A stretch of 64,000 nucleotides of DNA, counting the filler, from Aduncisulcus paluster (taxonomy: Eukaryota), in the NCBI GenBank assembly GCA_024181965.1. It is 12 parts of 12 records of this genome, joined end to end, with 100 filler letters (N's around TTAATTAATTAA, not from the genome) between each part and the next. Parts side by side here need not be neighbours in the genome. Positions count along the whole stretch, not along the records: positions 49,394 to 62,898 come from BQXS01010140.1; positions 62,999 to 64,000 come from BQXS01010323.1; 10 more parts are not named here. One strand, 5' to 3'. The notes below the pieces were generated by a model that did not search any database, was not told the origin of the DNA, and worked only from the letters and a program-made list of their open reading frames with translations. The position numbers were made by a program, and so were the translations under genes. Within the stretch, counting starts at the first letter, position 1. Each line of letters starts with the position of its first letter. This document shows positions 53,809 to 64,000 of this stretch, one piece after another.

Positions 53809-56800
53809 CTATTTTCTCACATCTTTCATTCCCTTTCTCCATATTTCTTGATCATACTCCTCAAATAAAGATGTTTCTTGTTCAAACAGCACTTCTACAC
53901 CCCCACCAGTGGATTCAATCAGATCATATGCGGATTGTCTCAAAGATCTTTCCTCATCGATTGGCATCTGCACAAGAATGTGTTGAGGAGGAGTGTATTC
54001 AATGAGAGAAGAGTGTTTAATTACTTCATCTTCCTTTGTTTCTTCTCTTTTACCTTTAGAAACCAATAGGATTTTATCATATTCAATAAAAGTCCCATCT
54101 ATTGCATTATAATATCGTAAAATAGGAGAAAACCGGTGATTCGAGTCTCCAAATCTATATTTTACAGGCAATTTGTTCACTTTCACTAAACAATGCACCT
54201 TACAATAATACGGACAATATTCGGAAACACAACCATCTGAAGAAGAAATTGACAGAGGATCAATGTCAACATTAATTTCAAAGGAAGGAATAAGGTGAAT
54301 GATTGGAGTTACAAGGAGGATATTGAAAAGAAAAGAAGATGCGACATGTTTTGCAACATTGTCACAATATAAATCCAATGCGTCTTTTTCTCCAGTATCT
54401 GGAATCCAAGAGTTATCAAAACACCACGCAATACAATCATCATAGATGGGAGTAATTTGAGGAACAATAGATGGAATAGATGAGAAAATGGAGAGCAACA
54501 ACAACCAATACTTGATCCATTTTCCACATATTGTTCCCCCGCAATAATCTCGTTGTGGAGAATAAATTGAAGAATAAAACAAACGAATCAATTCATCAAG
54601 TAAATTATCGGAAGAAATTCTCTGAAATATATAAACAATACGATCATTCAAATCATTGATATTGTCAGGACGACTAAAACAATAACATAGATTGTAAAAA
54701 TAACGAAGACATTCATCTCGATCTCCATATATGAAATTCTGACGAAAAGAAGCTTCTTTGAGAACAACATCAACAATGGGATCAAAAAAACACCAAGAAT
54801 CAGAACATAGGGAGTCAATTGGAATAAAAGCTTCTTTTCCACGCCCAAATGAGGTGATATTGGCCATAATATGCATCCAATTCCCATGACATCGTCCATC
54901 TCTATACATCCTCAACCAATCACGAATGTATGGTTTTATCAGAGAAAGAATGGATTCTTTGATAGATAATTCAAGAGAATTCGAGATATTTTTCAATGCC
55001 GCCAAAAGAAAGATCGCTGTGTCATCTCTCAAGTGTTTACGACTCCCTTTTTCAAGAATTCTGTTGAGAGTTGGAATGATAAGGAATGAATCACATTTGT
55101 CGGGAACCTCTCGGGAATAATAATTACATATCGAACAGTATGTTTCAAATAACTGAGGAATATGTCCCATTATTGTGGCTATTTTGGACATACAGGGAAT
55201 AAAAGTGTCCACAAGATCTTCAAAGTCATGCACAGGTAATAATATTTCATTGTAGAAAGTCGATAACTTTTGACAAAATAGCAAATTCAAACACTGACAA
55301 CACAAGACAATTTCCTCTGTTAAATTCTTACTTCTTCTTCGAACCGTTAGTTTCTCTTCTTCTTCTAATTCAACTGCTTCCTTCTCAATAAATTCTTCAA
55401 ATGATGAGAGGATAATATCCTTATATTTATGATAGTATTTTGTCATGATCTCTTGAACAATGGTTTCATTCCTCTTCGAATTATTACAATTTTTTTCAGA
55501 TATATCATCCAATTTCGTCATTGAATGTTCGGGGTGAATCAACAATAATTTTGATTTTTCGAGTTCAGATAATTCCAACAAAATATTATCCAATTTCTTC
55601 AAATTTGAGTAACAATTAAGATGATATCTCTCATAATCCATTTCCAAAGCCCCATGATTCTTACACCATAACATATCATCATCGTATTTGGGAGAGAGTT
55701 GAGAAACAATTGGTGAAACTGTCGATAGAGTAGAAATAAATAAACATAAACTCGATATTCCCCATTCAAAATCATCATCTCCTTCTTCTTCTTCCTCCTT
55801 TTCTCCTTTTTCATTATAATTGTATATGGAAGCTCTCGTTTTTACCATTTTGAACCATATATCTAGATATGGTTCAATAGCATTAAAAATATCAACAATA
55901 TGGGAATCATCAATGGAACATAAATTTGAAAATAACAAAAGTCCAACAATAACCATCTCTTTATCTTTGATACTGTTCCAGGAACCATCAAAAGTCGTAG
56001 AGAACAGGGGATGAGAAAGTTTTGACACTCCGTCAGCAACACTATTTTTAAAAATAGAATGTTTAACCATAATGTCCAAAATAGGATGGAAAATAATCGA
56101 CCAAAGTTGCTCCGAACGGTCTTTGTGAGGGTCGATATTATCATGATCGAGGGTGATATTCTTGAAAATGTACAACCAATGCATAAAGATAAAATTCTTA
56201 TCATATTTCTTCATCCAAGGCAAAATATGGGGGAGAAGAAGGGATAAAAGTGAGTTCTTTATGTGATCATCTCTTGTAAATGCAAAAGATCGGATTGATC
56301 CAAGAATATCTTCAACAATAGAATCCTCAAATATCTTGGATGTGCCTAAAAATAGTATCCTTGAGAGCATGGATGAGATTTGTGGAAATATAATTGTGCA
56401 AAGAGATGGCACATTGTCTACAACAACATTAATTATCCGAATAAACGATATTGTTATGGAATTAATTCCTGGCATCTCGGTAGCAACTTCACTTCTCAAA
56501 ATAGACTCGATTTTAACCATTTGAGAAAATAAAGAATCTATAAGCATTCGAATATATTTAGTACTAAGAATAATTGCACAAGAAGGATCGGTGGTCACTG
56601 ATTGTGTTCCCGATGGTATGTTATGACACACGAACAAGGAAAGGAGCTTGAAATAGTCGGAGAAAAGATCCCGATTTGTTTTAATCTCAGATGGATTCGA
56701 GGAATTATCCGAAAAAATACTCTTGAATTTCTGAAATTGCTTATCAAATAATGCGGACAGTTCTCTTTCTGAAGCTATCATCATAATATTCTTCTTTAAA

Positions 56801-56847
56801 ACCAAAATATCATCGTAATAGTGGAATTTCATTTCAAATTTTGTCAT
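53809..56847 (-). CDS. 1012-aa protein with two internal copies of a helical (ARM/HEAT-like) module
   Basis: Complete ORF. Paired segments: LSRILFLG/LNRILEKG, LLSLLLPHILPWMKKY/ILSLIKPYIRDWLRMY, HWLYIFKNIT/NWMHIMANIT, IVSQLSPKYDDDMLWC/IVPQITPIYDDCIAWC. Confidence 0.8.
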   Translation of the reverse strand: MTKFEMKFHYYDDILVLKKNIMMIASERELSALFDKQFQKFKSIFSDNSSNPSEIKTNRDLFSDYFKLLSLFVCHNIPSGTQSVTTDPSCAIILSTKYIRMLIDSLFSQMVKIESILRSEVATEMPGINSITISFIRIINVVVDNVPSLCTIIFPQISSMLSRILFLGTSKIFEDSIVEDILGSIRSFAFTRDDHIKNSLLSLLLPHILPWMKKYDKNFIFMHWLYIFKNITLDHDNIDPHKDRSEQLWSIIFHPILDIMVKHSIFKNSVADGVSKLSHPLFSTTFDGSWNSIKDKEMVIVGLLLFSNLCSIDDSHIVDIFNAIEPYLDIWFKMVKTRASIYNYNEKGEKEEEEEGDDDFEWGISSLCLFISTLSTVSPIVSQLSPKYDDDMLWCKNHGALEMDYERYHLNCYSNLKKLDNILLELSELEKSKLLLIHPEHSMTKLDDISEKNCNNSKRNETIVQEIMTKYYHKYKDIILSSFEEFIEKEAVELEEEEKLTVRRRSKNLTEEIVLCCQCLNLLFCQKLSTFYNEILLPVHDFEDLVDTFIPCMSKIATIMGHIPQLFETYCSICNYYSREVPDKCDSFLIIPTLNRILEKGSRKHLRDDTAIFLLAALKNISNSLELSIKESILSLIKPYIRDWLRMYRDGRCHGNWMHIMANITSFGRGKEAFIPIDSLCSDSWCFFDPIVDVVLKEASFRQNFIYGDRDECLRYFYNLCYCFSRPDNINDLNDRIVYIFQRISSDNLLDELIRLFYSSIYSPQRDYCGGTICGKWIKYWLLLLSIFSSIPSIVPQITPIYDDCIAWCFDNSWIPDTGEKDALDLYCDNVAKHVASSFLFNILLVTPIIHLIPSFEINVDIDPLSISSSDGCVSEYCPYYCKVHCLVKVNKLPVKYRFGDSNHRFSPILRYYNAIDGTFIEYDKILLVSKGKREETKEDEVIKHSSLIEYTPPQHILVQMPIDEERSLRQSAYDLIESTGGGVEVLFEQETSLFEEYDQEIWRKGMKDVRK

Positions 56848-57523
56848 ATAATTTGGATTTTCAATTGTTACTCGAACTATGCATTATTGCCATTAAAAAA
56901 TTTAAATTATGAAGGAAAAAACATTCAGAAAAAGAATATTACAAAAAGAATAAATTAAAATAAGTATGATGCATAATACTTTTCGAAAAGAAAGAAAAAA
57001 AAACTTTGTCAGAAACATACAATTATGAGAAAGAAGGGGTCAGTTTTATCGATAATATTTACAATTTAGAATATTTTAATGAATAAATATATTTTTATGA
57101 TCGATGCTAGTAACAAATCGAAATCACATTCTGGCAGAAGTGTCAAAGTCAATAAATATGCAAGGAACCGAAAGATATTGAATAATATGTATTAAACAAC
57201 GTTTTACTCGTTTTTTTTAAAGGTTTTTATTTCAATATTCCAATACTTACCGATAGTTTTTAGGACAACTCGAAAATACACTTAATTCAATATTTTACAA
57301 ACACATAAATTAACTTATGATGCAATGCTAATCAAAAAATGATCTTTAAATTTCGTTTTAAAATTCAATCCGAAAGAAAAAAAATCAAAATATCGGTTTT
57401 GAAGCAATTTGTAAAAATAATCTAATTATTATTGTAAATTTAATAACTACCTTAGTGAAAATATTTTTTATGATTATTAAATCCTTTCTTGGAAAACATC
57501 TCCCCTGTATAACTTCTTTTTCA

Positions 57524-60500
57524 ATGGAACCCACACTAAATAGGGTTCCATTTATTATTTTAGCATATTTAATTTTATGTATATTATTTGTTATTTATAA
57601 TATTATTTTTAGAATTATTTTTGAAGTATTAATTCAGAAAATAGAATCATTTTCTGTGTTTTACTCTAGTTCCGAAGGAGAATCCTGGTATAACCATCTT
57701 CCAATTTATTCTCCTTACATAAAAAATTTAAGAGCGCGGGAAATTTTTCGAGAATCCATTATCAATGAGTCTAAACCGATCCCCCCTGGTTTATCGCAAT
57801 TAAACCAATATTTGGTAGATTTCTTTTATAATTCTCAAGTACTTAGGAATGAAATGTCTTTTATTGATAGTCCAGAGCGCTTCAGCTCTATATTTCATGT
57901 GTTCTTGGGCTTTGTTATTTCGGCCTTTAGCCACGAGCAATTTAGTTATTTTCATCCTAAATTTAGTCATTTCTTTTCCAATATGGATATGTATCATGCG
58001 TTTTATCTTTCTAGCAGTGACATTAAACGCTCTTTCTCTTGTATTGTTTATGGAACTTCTGACCAGAAATCTGATCTTTTCTTCTTTATTTTGAGCTATC
58101 TTTTCTTTATTACTTCATTATTGTGGATTATGCGTTGCGTCCTTTCATTATTTCCCCCACTTGTTGGTGTGAAAGATTATACCTCTGTGACAACATCGAT
58201 GAAACTTCAAAATACAAGATTCGAGAACAAAATATCTTTGTTTGCTCTTATGTTTCATCGGGTAAAGGAATATTTTCATAGATTTGTCTGTATTATTGTT
58301 GTAATTATTACAAGAATGAAAAAGGCCATCTCTTCTCTTTCCATACCTTTTTCATGGTCTTTAAAGATATATTCTCCTTCAAAAACTTATTCTTTTCCAT
58401 ATTTCTCTGCATTGGCATTCTTATTCTTGAACTTATTGTTTCTTACTCCTGTTCTTACTTACGAATCTATTTTTATCATCCCCGAGGACGAATTCTCATC
58501 CTCCAATGGTCTTACGTCACTTGCATACTCTCCTGACAACGATTATTCTCCTTATTTGAGCGATATCCTCAATGATATGCCTGCAAATGTAGGTACAATG
58601 GCATCGTTCGTCTATTTTGAAGATTCTACATTCAACCAAAAGACCTGTTCAGCTGTCACAAGCAATGCAAATGCTTGCGATTTGACTGATTTTGAGATGG
58701 CAGTATTCGAAGATGATTTTGATGTTACTGGGAATTTTTCTTCAATAACTGGAATTGAATATCTCCTGAGCACTTGTTACATTTCAGTTGCCGATTCCAA
58801 AATTACATCAATATCTCCGGTGGCGAATCTTCCTCAAATTATATATTTATCCTTTTATGGTGCTGCAAATGGATCCACGACAAATATTTTAGACATTGAA
58901 ACTTTAGTGACACTCAATCGGTTACAATTTGTGAGTATTTACGGAAATCATCACATCAGTGATATTTCTGTTCTATATCGTAATATTGGTCTTTATAAGA
59001 TTGATGCAACGAACAATACAAACCTCAGCTACTTTTGTCATTCTGAATCTGAAACTGCTCTTGTGGCGTATTACTCGGCCATTTTCCCAAGAATGGTGCC
59101 TATTTCCTTGTCTGGTGAATTTACCTCCTCGGCATGTCCCTTATCTGGGGGTGATTATTTTCCATCAAATACCATCAACGAAATTTATGATATTGTCGAG
59201 GAGTCATACAAATGTTCGTCCGTTTCCAAACAAGAGGGTTCGTATAGTACTAATGATCTCAAATGTTACACCATCCATGATTATGAGCTTCGTAATTATT
59301 TCCCCATTTGTTTACCTAATGGTAGTGGTGATTTTCAGGATGGTGTTGTACCCATTTCCAAGCTAAGATCAATGAATACTTGTTCAACTATTTCTCTCCC
59401 TGCCATTGTTACTGCAATGTCTGGTCTGACTACTGTGAATGATATCACAACTCTTCAGGGACTTGAATATACTCAAGGAGATTCAGCTGGAACTGATATT
59501 GGTATCACAACTTTGAATATTAATGGGTATGACTTGAGTGGAGTTGTGAATTCTAATGCTGAGAATGATAAGTTGGTTGTTCAGATATTAGCAAAGGCTG
59601 TTTATATCTCATCAACAATTACCACAGGATTAACCCATCTTTACGCAAGTGGATGTGGAATATCTGACCTCACTGATATTCTGGATTTTACCCCTATCAT
59701 CGAACGGGAATCTATTGATCTATTTTCAGATGGAGCTGAAATTACTCAACCATTTCTGCTTCAACACCTTGATCTTTCAGACAACAATATTACTGATGTA
59801 TCGCTTTTCATCACGGAAGATATTTTCCCCCAAAATACCTTGACGACTCTCAATCTGAGTAACAACAATATATGTGACAGCACGAATGTTGGCGATGAAC
59901 TTTCCACATATTTTACTGCTTCAGGCTTCTCTCTCGACATCTCTGGTACCCAAAACTGTCCATGTTCAACGATTCCATCCTTCTTGAATCATGAGGTGTG
60001 CAGATACAATCCTCACATCGAACCTCCTTCTTGGGTCGTGAGATGTTGGAATGGATATTACTATGATTTCAACCAGAATATCTGTGTGAAAGCATGCCCT
60101 ATCGGTGAATCATTGAGTGGATCGACGTGTGTAACTGATTCGAATGTTATTGCACATAACGATATTCGATGTCGTGTGTGTGAAAAAGAGAATTTGGCTA
60201 CTGTCTTGAACATTGGTTCGTCTTATGTTAGTTGCGAATGTACTGATCCTGACCTATATGGTGATGATTGCAACTATGTGAATATCCCCGATAACAACCT
60301 TAAAGCTGCCATTTGCAATCTTCTAAATATCTCTATTACATCAGATATTACGAAAACACAGTTGGAAAGTATTGAATCGCTGGGGCCTGTCGGTGATGTT
60401 GATAGTTTTCAAGGTCTTCAGTTCGCCACGACTATGATATCATTCTCAGTGAGTTCCAATTTATCAAATCCAATTGGTGATACTGAAATTGCTTATCTTC

Positions 60501-62898
60501 CGACTTCCCTGAGGTCTTTAACTCTCAACGACGTTGACCTTGAACCTAATACTGATTTCTCCAAATTTATCTACATCCAATCTTTTGATTTATCGGTCAA
60601 TTCCACTTATTATGTTTCTGTTTCATTAGATAAGGATGGATATTCTCCCATCTTCCCTCGCCCTGGTTCATTGTCAGGGATTATCCTTGATAACACGGCT
60701 ATTGACTCGTATTCTTTGGTCAAATCCTTCAAGTATCGATCTGGATGGTAATATCANNNNNNNNNNNNNNNNNNNNGATGGATATTCTCCCATCTTCCCT
60801 CGCCCTGGTTCATTGTCAGGGATTATCCTTGATAACACGGCTATTGACTCGTATTCTTTGAGTCAAATTGTCCCGTCTCTTGATGGAATAGACTCTTTTT
60901 CATGCATTAACTGTCGAATTTCTGACCCTACTCCCCTGTATATGATTGGTGAAGGTCTTCCAATTGATTTATCTGGGAATTTTATCTGTGGAACGAACCT
61001 CAGTACATTTTTGACGGGTTCTTTCTTACCCAATGTAACTTTGGGAACACAAACATGTAATTGTAATGGAGATAATGGATATTCAGGCTTTGGTTCGACA
61101 ACCAGTGATGCTCTCCAAATTGATAAAGTTTGTGCAGAAACACAACGATTTTCCAATGTTTGGCATGTCGTATGTTCAAGCAGATCGATTACGACATATA
61201 GTGTTAATGGGATCTCCTGTGATGATTTTCTTGAGACAAATCAATGTTCAGGAGGGTGTGAGTATGGATACGAGTGCAGATATGATTCAGGCGAAGCTAA
61301 CTGCAAACAAGTGATTATTAATTCGAATCTTCATGATTGTGTTGCTGATATGTTTGGCACAGATTCTAATGGGATGCCTGATTACACTCACAGAACAGCT
61401 ACCTCTCCTTCCCTTTTCAGTGTTGCTTCGTTAAAAACTCTTGTATCTGTTGATGATGGTTATGGTGTATATTCCCCAGTATTATCCTGTCCAAGTATGG
61501 GTATAACTGATTTGACTGGAATTGAACACATCACTGAAATCACTAGTTTTGACCTGAGTTTAAACAATTTGAATACGGCTGTTTCGCCTGCCTGCCTCGA
61601 TTCTTTGATGCATCTTTCTCACCTTCTGTCTCTAAATTTAGATTCCAATTCCAACATCACGCTCCTTCCCGATTTAACAGGCATGTCATCTCTGACTGTT
61701 CTTAGATTGAAGAATAATGATGTGAACCTACCTTCAGAAACATCACAAGACCCATATCTACCCTCATCCTTGGAGGAACTTCAGCTCTATGGATGTGATC
61801 AATTTGACCAGGGTGCGTTTGATGCTCACATTGGGAATGGTCTTCTTCCAAACCTCAAATATTTGAATCTATATTCAACGGCCGTTTCATCCCTTAGCAC
61901 GCTGACACAAACACAACGTGATTCTATCACCACCCTTGTCATTTCAATTCCTGATTCTCAAAATGTTGTGCCAACGATGCATAATTTGGAAACACTCACC
62001 ATTGCCGATACAACTATTACTTCCATTCCAGATCTTTCGAACAGTGCCGACAAACTCACATTCCTAAATATTTCCAATACAAGTGTGTCATCTCTTGTTG
62101 AAGCTGGAACTCTGTCAAACCTTGAGACGATCAAATTTCTTGATTGTCATGTTTCAGATCTCTCTCCATTGTACCATTTGTCGTCCCTCACATCTGTTTA
62201 TGGAACTGGGAACAATATCTGTGTTGGTTCTGCAGAAACCATAGAAACGATCAAATTGAAGTTTGTCTCCCATGCCAGCCTTACGCTTGATCTTTGGACA
62301 ACCTTAAGTACTGACCAAGCCTGTGAATGTTCCTCTGCTGACCTTGGAACGACCCCTATCGCTGACAATCTTATATGCAGTGAAACGAAGCCTTGGTCTA
62401 ACACATGGTATGTTGTGTGTGCCAGTGATTCATACACGTCATACACGTCTGCCGATGCATTCGACTGTTATTCCCCAGATAATAACAATGGTACATTTGG
62501 ATGTTCTGGAGGGTGTGAGTATGGGCAAGAGTGCAGATATGACTCAACCTCAACTTCAACATCGTGTCAGCAAGTGATCGTCGATGAGAACTTGCATGAT
62601 TGTGTTGCTGATATGTTTGGCACAGATTCTAATGGGATGCCTGATTACACTCACAGAACAGCTACTTCTCCTTCCCTTTTCAGTGTAGCTTCGCTAAAAA
62701 CTATCATTTCTGCAGTATCTGGCACTACCTTTTCACCAATGCTTCTCTATAATAATTCATACAATCCTATTTTAGATCTCGCAGGCGTTGAACATCTTGT
62801 TGGGATAAAATGTATACAGCTTAGTGGTGTTCTCTCGTCGACAATTACTGATGCTCAATATTTCTCTACTCTAACTAATTTAGTGTCGTTGAACCTCA
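57524..62898 (+). CDS. Giant modular LRR plus Cys/EGF protein (>1700 aa) with a hydrophobic multi-segment N-terminus, 3'-partial
   Basis: ORFs 57455-60751 and 60636-62954 join after removing the overlap and gap at 60635-60776. Modules are homologous to those on contigs 47206-49293 and 27786-30067. Confidence 0.85.
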
Positions 62899-63127
62899 NN
62901 NNNNNNNNNNNNNNNNNNNNNNNNNNNNNNNNNNNNNNNNNNTTAATTAATTAANNNNNNNNNNNNNNNNNNNNNNNNNNNNNNNNNNNNNNNNNNNNGG
63001 AGGATCTGTAATGAACAATAAAATAATAATCTGTGGGGTGAGTCAATTTACTCTTATTAATTAATCGATTGATAAGCTTGTCATATCATTCCGATGACAA
63101 CTATCTACAGTGACTATTAAGTCACAT

Positions 63128-63208
63128 AAAAAGGGAACGAGCCAAGGCTCGAACCAGCACTAATGCTTCGCTACCGGGAAGCACTACCATCTGAACTATG
63201 AAGCTGTT
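63128..63208 (-). ncRNA. tRNA-like Pol III element (A box, B box, T5 terminator) lacking a canonical cloverleaf
   Basis: Minus strand: TAGTTCAGATGGTAG (63198-63184), GGTTCGAGCC (63155-63146) at tRNA-like spacing, then CCC and TTTTT (63132-63128). Confidence 0.45.
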
Positions 63209-63942
63209 TGCTGAATATCAGCTTTTATCCATAGCAGGCTACAACATCCTTCCCTTTCTTTCAAAGATGCCACTGCATCTATGGAATAAGAAGGACTTAA
63301 ATCAAACAAAACATCAATTAAGCATCCTACAACATTTATACGCATGCTAATTGTAATTTCAAATATAAATATATACAGCAAAATCGATTTCTAAAGTAAG
63401 CATGATTTCAGAGTTACAAGGGGCTAACAATATAATACAACTATAATTTCAGATGTACTATTTAATAAGATAGTGCAGCTAAATTTTCAGACAAATCGGC
63501 GAACAAATTATTTTCAGCTATCCCCAAATTTCCGAACCGACTGCAAAACTTCATTGCATTAATTATAATAAACAAAACAAATATAGAACAATAGTAGACA
63601 ACAATAGCATATCAAAACAAAAGAAATATAATTAAACTTATCTTAACTGCAAACAAAACAAAGAATTTGAAAAATACTAAAATCCATCAAAAGCTTTTCA
63701 AATCCAAAAAATTTAAAACAATTTAAACGAGCATAAAATAGGAGATAAATAATTCAATAACAATTCTCCAGACTTCAACAAAAAGTCATAAAATTGGAAA
63801 AATGATTTCCATAAAACTATACAAGGTACAAAACTAATTATGTTCAAAATACAAGTCATTTAGGAAGTTATATAAGATATATATAAAAATAAAATTTTTT
63901 AACAAGGTCACAACTTCAATTTCACCAAACCCCTTCTCCTTC

Positions 63943-63999
63943 CTATTGACGATCTTTAAGATATGTCTGCACCTCATCTTTCATTTCTTCATGGGTTTC
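63943..63999 (-). CDS. Possible 3' end of a CDS entering from beyond the window
   Basis: ETHEEMKDEVQTYLKDRQ* is followed by AT-rich 3'-UTR-like sequence. Too short to verify. Confidence 0.35.
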   Translation of the reverse strand, partial: ETHEEMKDEVQTYLKDRQ

Positions 64000-64000
64000 C

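Noticed and set aside
63133-63205. Functional tRNA gene
   Set aside because: Acceptor, T and anticodon stems do not pair canonically. It is kept only as a tRNA-like element.

Overview
This window is not a contiguous locus. It is 12 unrelated contigs or scaffolds of an intron-poor eukaryotic genome, joined by 11 artificial 100-nt linkers (N44-TTAATTAATTAA-N44). Eight 20-N scaffold gaps inside contigs are each flanked by duplicated overlap sequence, which splits or inflates many ORFs in the supplied track. Gene content, GTATGT introns and an occluding-loop-less cathepsin B suggest a fornicate/metamonad flagellate (Carpediemonas-like, e.g. Aduncisulcus); this is inference, not a database result. 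Recognisable genes: cathepsin B-like protease (3' part), a spliced two-EF-hand protein missed by the ORF track, a spliced WDR74/Nsa1-like protein, eIF5B (3' part), a Brr2/SNRNP200-like helicase and an XRRA1-like LRR protein. Accessory content: two giant Cys-rich (GCC2/GCC3, ephrin-receptor-like) surface proteins, four fragments of modular LRR/EGF surface proteins, members of a helical-repeat family (one with possible pseudo-OTU domains), decayed hAT-like transposase pieces, a GACAGT-based tandem repeat and a tRNA-like Pol III element. No CRISPR array, rRNA or canonical tRNA was found.
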